64,000 nt of DNA, taken from Sedimentisphaerales bacterium (lineage in GTDB: Bacteria > Planctomycetota > Phycisphaerae > Sedimentisphaerales > SM23-30). Each line of letters starts with the position of its first letter. The stretch's first letter is position 1. Below are positions 52,030-61,486 of the stretch, one piece after another. A program made the translations under genes and the position numbers. The notes beneath the pieces were generated by a model, which saw nothing but the letters and a program-made list of their open reading frames with translations, made no database searches and was not told the DNA's origin. The stretch lies in the NCBI GenBank assembly GCA_963666285.1, contig OY762711.1, one strand, 5' to 3'.

Positions 52030-52656
52030 ATGAAAAACATTCTTACAGCATTAGGTGTCGTAATGATCATCCACCTTATCGGTTTGATAGGGCTGGGTGT
52101 TTACGGCCTTGCTTCAGGACGTTTTTCACCCGAAAAACGTCAGCAGTATCTGGCAACCTGGAAAGGCGAAAAGCTGGTTCCATATGTTGAAGAGGTTGTT
52201 GAAGAAGAAGTTGAGGAGTCTCCTAGAGATGCCTCTGCCAGGATTATCGAGCAGCAATTAAACCAGGAAATAGTCAGTCGTGAATTGCAGCTTCAGCTTG
52301 ATTTGCTGAAAAATATGAAAGAGACTCTTGATGAGGCACAGAGCAAACTGCAAAAAGATAAGAATCAGTTTGTTGATAAAAAAGATGAATTTGAAGACAA
52401 GGTTAAAGAATCACAGGATAAAGCCAGAGAGGAAGGATTCAAAAAGGCTTTAGAGACTTTTTCAACCTTAAATCCTAAATATGTAAAAGATGATTTTATG
52501 GTTATGGACGAAAAGGATGTCGTCCGTTTTCTTACGGCCATGAAGCCCGGAGTTCGTACGGAGGTATTGAGTAAATTCCGGGAGCCTGATGAGCAGCTAA
52601 AGCGAGTAAAACTCATTGAATTGCTCAAGGAAAATGGCGTTGTAGATGTCGAATAG
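52030..52656 (+). CDS. MotE/YlxF/FlbB-like flagellar protein
   Basis: N-terminal TM segment, coiled coil and MgtE_N-like C-terminal repeats; lies between fliJ and fliK. Confidence 0.6.
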   Translation: MKNILTALGVVMIIHLIGLIGLGVYGLASGRFSPEKRQQYLATWKGEKLVPYVEEVVEEEVEESPRDASARIIEQQLNQEIVSRELQLQLDLLKNMKETLDEAQSKLQKDKNQFVDKKDEFEDKVKESQDKAREEGFKKALETFSTLNPKYVKDDFMVMDEKDVVRFLTAMKPGVRTEVLSKFREPDEQLKRVKLIELLKENGVVDVE

Positions 52657-52751
52657 CGGAGTTCTATAAGTTCTCCATGAGAATTGTAATGATCTGGTTT
52701 GATATGTATGTAATTGATCAGGTAATTCTCATTTCGAGGTAAATAAGTTAA

Positions 52752-54416
52752 ATGCCAACTACAAACCCAACAATCAGCAGCTCCACCAGCCAGATTTATA
52801 ATGTTAAATCTGGTGGTTCTCAGAAGACTACTAATGTTACAGATGTCTTTTTTGCAGATACTTTAAACTCTGAATATCAGAGAACGCAGTCGGCAAAAGA
52901 CAGCAATTATGACAGTTTGGTTAAAGAGAAGCCTGTTTCGATAAAAGAAAAATCTACACCGGAACCTGACAAGACCGAAAAGCAAGAACCTGTACGTCCT
53001 GAAAAACAGGATGAGAATCAGTCGGCTGATGAAGTAGAACAAACTGAAGAGCAGCCAAAAGCAGAAGAAAATTCTGCTGACAAAACTGATCAGGATGAGG
53101 GAAAGGTCGATGAAAAAGTGAAATCAGAGGATTCTGATAAAGAAGAAGAAACTCCTCTGGATGCTCTGGCCGGACAGCCGGAAGCTATGACAAATCGCCA
53201 GCAGGCAATGGAGGCAATATCCGTTTTGCAGGTTGATGTTGCAGCAGATAATGATATTGACGATATGGATATTGATATCGAACAGGAAATAGATGCCGCT
53301 CTTGGATCAAAAAGGCAAGATAAAACAATTCAGACACAGGAAGAATCAAATATTGGCAAGTCTGATAGTGGTATCCAGATTCAGGATGCCGGCAAGACTG
53401 ATAAGGAAAACGAACTTACTAATAAAGTAGATGGCAGCAATACCAAAGAAGTTAAAACTGATAATTTGGTTGATACTGAAGTAGAAGTTCAAAATGACAC
53501 AACTGAAGAGTCTGATTTCCAGAATGAACTTGTTAACCTGAAAAAGGATCAGGCGAATACTCAGCAGGTAAAAGCAGAAGTTCAGGTTGCTGAAGTAAAC
53601 GATGAAACAGTTATTGAAACTGAAACTGATGAATCTGAAGTAGATAATAACACGAAAAGCAAAAAAATCGACTTCAAAGATTTTAAGCATGATTATTCTG
53701 CCGGACAGGAACAGATGAGCCAAAATAATTCTGGTTCTGCCGGGACGGAAGATAAAAATGCAAGCCGTGACCATGGTTTTGATCGTGGTGACAATCTTTC
53801 AAAGATAGCATTTGCGTCAAGTACCACCGAAGACAGCAAATCTGTTCAGCAGACGTTAGGGCTGGACAAATCATCTGAAAAGATGGACATAGATTCAACC
53901 AAAAACGTTGATAATATAGTCAAAACAGTTAAGACAATGGTCTCAAACAATTCTTCCAGCATGGTAATCAGACTTGATCCGCCTGAGTTGGGAGAAATGA
54001 GAATCAGTATAAAATCTGGTGCAGACGGCATGTCTATCGAAATTCAGGCAGCAAACGCCAAAAGTCAGCAAATGCTTCAGCAAAGCAGCGGGCAGCTGCG
54101 TTCAGCTCTTGAGAATTCCGGCGTTAATGTTAATAATGTGGATGTTCAGTTCAAGCCGGATATGAAAAATGATGCTAATGCAGGTTCTGATTTCCAGGAT
54201 GACCAGTCAAACTTGTTTGATCAGAATTCGAATCAGAATATGGCTGACAGTGGACGCAATCCTGACGACAGTTTTCAACAGAACTTTAGCTCATGGGCTG
54301 AGGGCGGTGAATTTGAAGATGCTGATTTTGCATCAGCGGAAGCATCTGGAACAACTCAGGATAATAGTGAACAATGGCAGGAAATATCATTCGATGCCGT
54401 TAACGTCTTAATTTAA
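52752..54416 (+). CDS. fliK: Flagellar hook-length control protein FliK
   Basis: Long disordered N-terminus; IRLDPPELGEMRI C-terminal domain. Confidence 0.92.
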   Translation: MPTTNPTISSSTSQIYNVKSGGSQKTTNVTDVFFADTLNSEYQRTQSAKDSNYDSLVKEKPVSIKEKSTPEPDKTEKQEPVRPEKQDENQSADEVEQTEEQPKAEENSADKTDQDEGKVDEKVKSEDSDKEEETPLDALAGQPEAMTNRQQAMEAISVLQVDVAADNDIDDMDIDIEQEIDAALGSKRQDKTIQTQEESNIGKSDSGIQIQDAGKTDKENELTNKVDGSNTKEVKTDNLVDTEVEVQNDTTEESDFQNELVNLKKDQANTQQVKAEVQVAEVNDETVIETETDESEVDNNTKSKKIDFKDFKHDYSAGQEQMSQNNSGSAGTEDKNASRDHGFDRGDNLSKIAFASSTTEDSKSVQQTLGLDKSSEKMDIDSTKNVDNIVKTVKTMVSNNSSSMVIRLDPPELGEMRISIKSGADGMSIEIQAANAKSQQMLQQSSGQLRSALENSGVNVNNVDVQFKPDMKNDANAGSDFQDDQSNLFDQNSNQNMADSGRNPDDSFQQNFSSWAEGGEFEDADFASAEASGTTQDNSEQWQEISFDAVNVLI

Positions 54417-54427
54417 GGAATTAGAAA

Positions 54428-55228
54428 ATGTCTGATGTGTCAAGTGTATCTTCCTCTACATCTACAAGTACGACTAGTTCTTCTAGTTCTACTAGCGATC
54501 AGTCAATCAGTACGCTCGAATTTATGGAGATTATGATTACCGAGCTTACCAGTCAGGATCCATTTGAGCCTATGAGTAATGCAGACCTGGTCAATCAGAT
54601 GTCAATCATTCAGCAGATGCAGTCTAATCAGGAAATGACTGATTCTTTTGAAGAGCTTATGACTAATTTTGATGATTTGCTGTTTAGAGATTCTCTAAAT
54701 ACAGCTTCTGATATGGTAGGTGAAATTGTATCTGGTTCAACTGATAGCGGTGGGTGGACTACCGGTCGAGTTGTAGCTGTTAGCACGGAAGATGATAATA
54801 TCTACCTTGAGCTCGATACCGGTCTTTCAATTGAATGGACAAATGTTGAGAGGCTTGGCGGAAATAGTTCAGAAGATCTGGTTGGTCAAATAGCTGTTGG
54901 TACTAACGAAGATGGGGTAACTGTTGCCGGAGTAGTCTCTGCAGTTGAACTGGATGAAGATGAGGTTACTCTGCACGTTAATAATTACAGTGATGGAACG
55001 ACTTCTAGTGTGCCATTATCTAGTGCAAGTTTAATCAATGCTGATACTGCCGATCTGTTAATTGGCAGGACTGTTGAAGGTACAGATATTGATTCTAGTG
55101 AAAGTATCACAGGTGTTGTCGAATCTGTTGTCTGGGAAGGGGATAACCAGGTGCGGCTATCTATTGTGGATAGTAGTGGAGAATCTCTTGGTAGTGTTTA
55201 TATGAATACTGTCGAGTCGATATATTAA
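54428..55228 (+). CDS. flgD: Flagellar hook cap protein FlgD
   Basis: FMEIMITELTSQDPFEPM motif; three repeated C-terminal subdomains. Confidence 0.92.
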   Translation: MSDVSSVSSSTSTSTTSSSSSTSDQSISTLEFMEIMITELTSQDPFEPMSNADLVNQMSIIQQMQSNQEMTDSFEELMTNFDDLLFRDSLNTASDMVGEIVSGSTDSGGWTTGRVVAVSTEDDNIYLELDTGLSIEWTNVERLGGNSSEDLVGQIAVGTNEDGVTVAGVVSAVELDEDEVTLHVNNYSDGTTSSVPLSSASLINADTADLLIGRTVEGTDIDSSESITGVVESVVWEGDNQVRLSIVDSSGESLGSVYMNTVESIY

Positions 55229-55299
55229 TAAGTAAATAATAAATATTGTTCTTATGCCAATAAAAATGCAAATAGAACTGAATTAAATCGGAGAAAAAC

Positions 55300-57096
55300 A
55301 TGGGCTTAACCTCATCATTATTCGTCGGTCTTTCCGGCATGCAGACAAATGAAAGTAGAATGGACGTTGTAGGTAACAATATCTCTAATGTTAATACCTA
55401 TGCATTTAAATCACAACGAGTAAACTTTCAGACTCAGTTTTATAATATGTTGAGCTTTGGTTCAGCCCCCAGTGGAACCTATGGTGGAACTAACCCAATG
55501 GAAGTTGGTACAGGAGCTACTATTGGTGCCATTACCAAGGATTTTTCTGCTGGTGCACCTGAAACTACCGGAATTAAAACTGACCTTGCTATTCAAGGTG
55601 ATGGTATGTTCATTGTACAGGATACTGAAGGTGCCAACCATTACACACGAGACGGAAGTTTTCAGTTCAATTCAGAAAATTATCTGCTCAGTTCTGATGG
55701 ATATTACCTTCAGGGATATGGAGTTGATTCAAACTTTAATATTGTTGAAGGTACACTTTCGAGGCTTAGGATTCCGCTTGGAGAAATTACTACTGCAGAA
55801 AGTACCACTAAGACGTATTTCAGTGGAGACTTAAATGCTAATGGTGATCCTGCAATTACCAGCACTGGTATAGTTGCTAACCTTAGAGGTGTTCTTGGTT
55901 CTCAGATTCTTAATGATGGCGCTGGCGGGGATATTACAGATGCCACTTTATTAACTGATATGGAAAATGATACGGGAGCATTTTTATTAGAAGGCAATAT
56001 TATTCAGCTTGATAATGCCGTAAAAGGTGGTAAGACACTTCCTGTCGAACAGTTTTTGGTTGAATCAACAAGTACTGTTGGCGATCTTATGACATGGATG
56101 CAGGATGTTCTTGGAATAAATACTGATTCTGTTCTTTCTGATCTTGATGGTGACGGTCTTGCTGATACTGACGTTAATGGTGAAACAGTGCCATTGCCGG
56201 GTGTTAGGATTGCAACTGATACAACAGCTGCCGGTGCCCAGTCATATATTGAAGTTGTTTCCAATATGGGAACTGATAGTGAGCTGGAACTTGGTAATGA
56301 AGCATTTAAAATTCTTCAGGGAACTGCAGCTACAGCTCCGGCTCAAACATTACCGCTGTCTTTTGCAGCAGAAGATGGTTTTGTCTTGGCTGAAGTTGAA
56401 AGTGTTATGACTTCCTTTAGGGCTTATGATTCGCTCGGCATTCCAATGGATGTTGACCTGACTCTAACTATGGTGGAGAAGAGTAATAACGGTATTACCT
56501 GGCGATATTTTGCTGAATGTTCTGATGATACAGATACCAGCCGTGTAGTTGGTTCTGGTACTTTAACTTTTGATTCGAACGGTAATTTTCTGGAAGCATC
56601 AGATAGTGTTATTACTATCGATCGTGCCAATACTGGAGCAGCTACTCCTCAAACTATTGAGCTTGATTTCAGTAATATGGATGGTTATGCGATATCAACA
56701 AGTGCAATTTCTCTTTTAAGCCAGGATGGTTTCCAGTCTGGTACACTGGAAGATTTTTCAATTGGAACAGATGGTGTTATAACTGGTTCATTTACAAATG
56801 GTTTGACACGTCAGCTTGGTCAGGTTGTCCTTGCTACATTTAGAAATTATGAAGGTTTATTGAGTGATTCAAACAACTTATACTCGACCGGTCCAAACTC
56901 TGGTCAGCCTATTATTAAAAAGCCTAGCGAGTTGGGTGCCGGTACGGTAACCTCGACCGCACTTGAATTAAGTAATGTTGATCTTAGTAAGGAATTTATT
57001 AATCTGATTGTTAGCAGTACTGGTTTTTCAGCATCTTCGAAGGTTATCCAGACAAGTAATGATTTGCTGACGCAGCTGATCAATTTAACAAGGTAA
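55300..57096 (+). CDS. flgE: Flagellar hook protein FlgE
   Basis: GNNISNVNT, DLAIQGDG, YTRDGSF and LELSNVDLSKEF motifs. Confidence 0.96.
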   Translation: MGLTSSLFVGLSGMQTNESRMDVVGNNISNVNTYAFKSQRVNFQTQFYNMLSFGSAPSGTYGGTNPMEVGTGATIGAITKDFSAGAPETTGIKTDLAIQGDGMFIVQDTEGANHYTRDGSFQFNSENYLLSSDGYYLQGYGVDSNFNIVEGTLSRLRIPLGEITTAESTTKTYFSGDLNANGDPAITSTGIVANLRGVLGSQILNDGAGGDITDATLLTDMENDTGAFLLEGNIIQLDNAVKGGKTLPVEQFLVESTSTVGDLMTWMQDVLGINTDSVLSDLDGDGLADTDVNGETVPLPGVRIATDTTAAGAQSYIEVVSNMGTDSELELGNEAFKILQGTAATAPAQTLPLSFAAEDGFVLAEVESVMTSFRAYDSLGIPMDVDLTLTMVEKSNNGITWRYFAECSDDTDTSRVVGSGTLTFDSNGNFLEASDSVITIDRANTGAATPQTIELDFSNMDGYAISTSAISLLSQDGFQSGTLEDFSIGTDGVITGSFTNGLTRQLGQVVLATFRNYEGLLSDSNNLYSTGPNSGQPIIKKPSELGAGTVTSTALELSNVDLSKEFINLIVSSTGFSASSKVIQTSNDLLTQLINLTR

Positions 57097-57106
57097 AAAA
57101 TTAAAG

Positions 57107-57160
57107 TAGGTTTCACTTTAGGTTTCACCTTTAGATTTCACTTTAGGTTTTACTTTAGGT
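57107..57160. repeat. Tandem 12/13-bp repeat (TAGGTTTCACTT), about 4.4 copies
   Basis: TAGGTTTCACTT, TAGGTTTCACCTT, TAGATTTCACTT, TAGGTTTTACTT, TAGGT. Confidence 0.85.
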
Positions 57161-57288
57161 GATGCCGTAATTTATATTTATATTATTTGCTTACCCCGGG
57201 CCTCGTGACAGGGGTGTTTATTCTGCTGTCGCGAGGCCATCTTAAAAACAAATGTCGGCCGATTTTAGAGGTTCGATACGAATAAATA

Positions 57289-57483
57289 ATGATTTCTGTT
57301 ACCAGAATAAATGGAAAACGCTTTGTAATTAATGCTGAGCTTATCAGGTTTATCGAGAGTACTCCCGATACTATGATTACTATGATTTCCGGTGATAAGG
57401 TAATGGTGAAAGAGACAATCGAAGAAGTAGTAGAAAAAGCAGTGGATTATGCCCGTCAGGTGCGGGTTTTTGCTGTTAAATAA
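57289..57483 (+). CDS. flbD: Flagellar protein FlbD/SwrD family
   Basis: MISVTRING..FVINAELI..IESTPDT.IT...G....VKE signature. Confidence 0.92.
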   Translation: MISVTRINGKRFVINAELIRFIESTPDTMITMISGDKVMVKETIEEVVEKAVDYARQVRVFAVK

Positions 57484-57521
57484 CGAGATTATTTAATAAG
57501 AATTACAGGATATTTTTATAT

Positions 57522-58301
57522 ATGGATCTTGCAACACTAATTGGTTTGCTTATAGCCTGGGGTTTGGTACTCTTCTCCATTTTCTCCAGTGCCAAGCAAT
57601 ATGCTCCTGTTTTTATTGACATGCCGTCTATGATGATTGTTGCCGGTGGTGCTTTTGGGGCAGTTATGATAACAGTCCCGCTAACCAGATTTCTAAAGAT
57701 GGGTAAGTTCTTTAGTAAAGCACTGATGCATAAAGATCAGTCAGCGAATAAACTTATAGAAGATTTGGTAGGTTTTGCGGAAATTGCCAGGCGAGATGGT
57801 ATTTTATCGCTTGAAAATGCAGTAAAAGATGCAGATGACCCGTTTATTGTAAAAGGCATCCAGATGGCAGTTGACGGCACAGACCCGGAGCTGATCGAAG
57901 CAATTATGGAAGCTGAGCTTGACGCACTTATGGACCGGCATGACAATGGAAAAGCAGTTTTTGACAATTTTGGCAAGTATGCACCGGCCATGGGTATGAT
58001 TGGTACCTTGATTGGTCTGGTGGTGATGCTTATGAACATGGATGATCCAAGTGCTATTGGTCCTGCTATGGCGGTTGCTCTTATTACAACTTTATATGGT
58101 TCTATGATAGCGAATATGTTCGCGTTGCCGATTGCCGATAAGCTGGCTACCAGGAATGATGAAGAGGTTATGCTCAAAACCATTATTATTAAAGGTGTTA
58201 TGAGTATTCAATCAGGAGATAACCCTCGAATTGTAGAGCAGAAGCTGAAAACTTATCTACCGCCAAATGAGCGAGGAAGTGAAGAAGAGCCGGCTGAGTA
58301 A
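57522..58301 (+). CDS. motA: Flagellar stator A subunit (MotA/PomA)
   Basis: ARRDGILSLE, APAMGMIGTLIGLV and AVALITTLYG motifs. Confidence 0.95.
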   Translation: MDLATLIGLLIAWGLVLFSIFSSAKQYAPVFIDMPSMMIVAGGAFGAVMITVPLTRFLKMGKFFSKALMHKDQSANKLIEDLVGFAEIARRDGILSLENAVKDADDPFIVKGIQMAVDGTDPELIEAIMEAELDALMDRHDNGKAVFDNFGKYAPAMGMIGTLIGLVVMLMNMDDPSAIGPAMAVALITTLYGSMIANMFALPIADKLATRNDEEVMLKTIIIKGVMSIQSGDNPRIVEQKLKTYLPPNERGSEEEPAE

Positions 58302-58341
58302 TACAGGTATTTTATAGCAGTTTCAGCTGATAGATAATTAT

Positions 58342-59091
58342 ATGGGTAAGAAGAAAGAAAAAAAAGCTCCTGAAGGCGCACCTGACTGGATGGTTACATA
58401 TGGTGATATGATGACTCTCCTGTTCTGTTTTTTCGTAATTATCGTGTCTATGTCGGAGATAAAAAAGGATATCGAGTTTGAAAAAGTTCTCGAATCCATA
58501 AGAGAGGCGTTTGGTTATAAAGGCGGTGTTGGCAAGCTGCCATCGCCGACAACACCTAAAAACAGTACAATTACACCGATGACGCAGCTGATTTTAAGGA
58601 AATTCCAGCTGCAGATAGGTAAAAGCTCGGATGAAGGTATCGAAGGAGAAAATCCCAGTGTAACAAAAATCCGGGAGGGATATGAATTTACCTCTGGTGG
58701 AATAGTAATGTTTGCCCCTGGCAAGGCTCGGCTGCTCGAGCCGGCTAAGGCCGCGCTGGACGAATATATTCCTATTATTATTGGTATGAATACAAAAATA
58801 CGTATAAAAGGGCATGCCAATAAGAAAAGTCCTGAGATGTACGCACCATTTAAGGATCTTGATGATTTGTCTTTTTCCCGGGCAAAAGCGGTAAAAGAAT
58901 ACCTGGTAAGTAAGGGAATCAGGGCCAACCGAATAACCCTGGAGGCCTGTGGAGCTAATGAACCACTCAGGTCTCAGCCTTATGACGAGAAAAACAAGGC
59001 AAAAAATCGCCGGGTTTCTATAATTGCCACTGAGGAAATTACCGATGATTATAGTGGACAAGGAATGGAAGTAGATGAAAAACAGCTGTAG
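58342..59091 (+). CDS. motB: Flagellar stator B subunit (MotB/PomB)
   Basis: WMVTYGDMMTLLFCFFV TM with essential Asp; OmpA-like domain (LSFSRA, NRRV). Confidence 0.95.
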   Translation: MGKKKEKKAPEGAPDWMVTYGDMMTLLFCFFVIIVSMSEIKKDIEFEKVLESIREAFGYKGGVGKLPSPTTPKNSTITPMTQLILRKFQLQIGKSSDEGIEGENPSVTKIREGYEFTSGGIVMFAPGKARLLEPAKAALDEYIPIIIGMNTKIRIKGHANKKSPEMYAPFKDLDDLSFSRAKAVKEYLVSKGIRANRITLEACGANEPLRSQPYDEKNKAKNRRVSIIATEEITDDYSGQGMEVDEKQL

Positions 59092-59169
59092 TTTTGGCTG
59101 ATTTTGTAAGTTGATATTTTACAAGAGTTAATGAATTAATAATTCTATCTTGTTCCATGGAAGTAAATA

Positions 59170-59706
59170 ATGGCAAAAGAAGAAAAAGCACAAAAAAATA
59201 CCGAAGGTAACGAAGATTTACAAACACCTAAGAAAAAATTACCAATTAAGGTGATAATAATTGTTCTTGCAGTGGTTCTGATGGAAGTTGGGACGATACT
59301 TTTCTTCAAGATGTCAAATAAACCAGAAGAAGTTGAAGGTGATACCGCTCCGATAGACCCGACAGCAAAGATAGTTGAAGCCGCTGAAAGTGAACTTATG
59401 GTGGTTGAGGACCTCAGTGTTGACAACTGGACAACTGGTAAGACCAAATATATAGTAAATTTCAGTGTTGCTATCAAGGTTGAGAATGCGGTAAAGGAGA
59501 AAATGACCGAAAAATTGACCCAGCATCAGAGCGAGATTAAGCAGATCCTGGGCCAGATAGTGGGCAAGGCTGAGCCGTCAATGCTGAAAGATCCAGAAAG
59601 GATCATAATTGCCCGTCAGATGAAGGCCGAACTGGACGCAATAATAGGTGAAGATGTCATAGTGGAACTATTGATACCGACCTGGAGTGCGATGCCAGTA
59701 GAGTAA
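59170..59706 (+). CDS. fliL: Flagellar basal body-associated protein FliL
   Basis: Single N-terminal TM segment, size and position after motB. Confidence 0.75.
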   Translation: MAKEEKAQKNTEGNEDLQTPKKKLPIKVIIIVLAVVLMEVGTILFFKMSNKPEEVEGDTAPIDPTAKIVEAAESELMVVEDLSVDNWTTGKTKYIVNFSVAIKVENAVKEKMTEKLTQHQSEIKQILGQIVGKAEPSMLKDPERIIIARQMKAELDAIIGEDVIVELLIPTWSAMPVE

Positions 59707-60018
59707 AAAGCATATATAGTTTTGTTAGATTGATGGCATTTTTAAGCTATTTTTCGAAAGTATATTAAATTCAAAGTGTTGCAGGAAGGCCCTTTTAGGC
59801 GATTTACCAGAGGCACTTCGTTATTGCACCTTAAAAACTACGAAAGTAAGCAGCTGTTATATTATCGATATTTACCCCAATTATAGCTTTATATTAGCGA
59901 AAAAGGTATATCCGGTTAATATAGTTCCGATAACATGCGTTTTTTGTTGCATTAGAATATATCTGTTATACAATATATTACGAATTAAGTATTAGTTATT
60001 GTTACATTAGAAGTAATT

Positions 60019-60504
60019 ATGGCAGAAGAAGTTGACATAGACAAAGAATTCCCGATGCCCGAAGAAGAGTCAAGCGGCGGAGGCGCAATTAGTGATGAGG
60101 ACGCAGAGGCCCTGGCCCTTCAGGCAATGGCCGAAGCGGGACTTGCAGATAAGCCTGAAGTACCGTCATTGCCGGACTTTTCCGGGATGCTTTCAGAAGC
60201 CGCTGAAAGCAGTATCGATATTCTGAATGACGTTGAGCTGGATGTAAAAGTCGAGTTGGGTCGTTCGGATATGGAAGTCGATCAGGTTCTTAAGCTAACT
60301 GCCGGTTCGGTAGTAGAGCTTGACAAGCTTGCCGGTGACCCGGTTGATATTCTTGTCAATGATCAGCTAATTGCCAGAGGCGAAGTTTTGGTCATAAATG
60401 ATAACTTCTGTGTTCGTGTCAATGAGATAGTTCCGGGTATCAGCGAGCTTCAGCCGTTCATGGATGATGCCAAGGGTAGAAAACGGGCCGGCCAAGAGCA
60501 ATAA
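60019..60504 (+). CDS. fliN: Flagellar motor switch protein FliN
   Basis: DVELDVKVELG, GSVVELDKLAGDPVDILVN and GEVLVI (SpoA domain). Confidence 0.95.
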   Translation: MAEEVDIDKEFPMPEEESSGGGAISDEDAEALALQAMAEAGLADKPEVPSLPDFSGMLSEAAESSIDILNDVELDVKVELGRSDMEVDQVLKLTAGSVVELDKLAGDPVDILVNDQLIARGEVLVINDNFCVRVNEIVPGISELQPFMDDAKGRKRAGQEQ

Positions 60505-60601
60505 CTAATTTTCTATCGTTTATATTGTATATTACTTTTGGCTGAAATCAGCCCGGTGACGTGGATGTGTTGCCGATGTATGCGTTATTGGCGGAGCCGA
60601 T

Positions 60602-61486
60602 ATGATACGGATATATTCAGACAAGCCTATAAAATCCATATTTATATATGTGATTATCCTATTCCTTTTCTGCCCAGTATTTGCGCAGTCTCTTTCCTCT
60701 AAGCCAGAATTAAAAACCGATCAGAAGGTAACTGACCAGGAAATGCAGTTAATGCAGCAGTTTGCATCTGATAGCAGTTCTGAATCGGGCTTAAAATCAG
60801 CTGACAGACAGGAACGCAAGCAATATACCCCGCCAAGTGGTACTGACAAGCTCGATAATATTGCTCAGAAAGAAAGTCAGACGATCAGTAAAAAATCTGA
60901 CACCACATCGATAGGTTCTTCAGATTCTATTTCCGGAGCAGATAATTCTAAAGGTTCTAATAGTGACGGTAATAAAACGACGTCCAGAAAAACGCCTGGT
61001 ATATGGCAGCCATTATTTTCTCTTTTGGGAGTAATTACAGTTATTGTTGTCATGGCGTGGCTGATAAAGAGGTTCTTTCCAAGCCAGGTGAATTCGGGTG
61101 TTGGTGATGTTATCCAGGTAATCGGCAGAGTTAGTATTGATAATAGGAATACTTTATGCCTGGCGAAGTTCGGTAATGAAATAGTTCTACTGGGTGTTGG
61201 TATTAATGGAGTAAATCTAATCGATAAAGTTTCTGACCCTGATAAGATTGCTTCGCTACTCGGCAAGATCGAAGCGGCGCGGGTGAGCTCGATCTCTAAA
61301 TCATTTTCCAATGTTTTCAAAAATGCACGTGGAGATTACCTGGACGATAACCTTGAAGATGAGGAGATAATCGAAGAGTATGATGACGAAGGTTCGGTTG
61401 AAAGCCGTAAGGATGATGAGTTAGCCGGCCTTTTGAATAAGGTAAAGGGATTGAGCAAGCTAAAACAAAATAAACGTGATCATTAA
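60602..61486 (+). CDS. fliO: Flagellar biosynthesis protein FliO/FliZ with long N-terminal extension
   Basis: TM segment followed by IQVIGRVSID.RNTLCL...LLGV; lies between fliN and fliP. Confidence 0.8.
   Translation: MIRIYSDKPIKSIFIYVIILFLFCPVFAQSLSSKPELKTDQKVTDQEMQLMQQFASDSSSESGLKSADRQERKQYTPPSGTDKLDNIAQKESQTISKKSDTTSIGSSDSISGADNSKGSNSDGNKTTSRKTPGIWQPLFSLLGVITVIVVMAWLIKRFFPSQVNSGVGDVIQVIGRVSIDNRNTLCLAKFGNEIVLLGVGINGVNLIDKVSDPDKIASLLGKIEAARVSSISKSFSNVFKNARGDYLDDNLEDEEIIEEYDDEGSVESRKDDELAGLLNKVKGLSKLKQNKRDH

Noticed and set aside
59734..59748. TGGCATTTTTAAGCT as a sigma54 promoter for fliN
   Set aside because: GG-to-GC spacing is 9 rather than the required 10.
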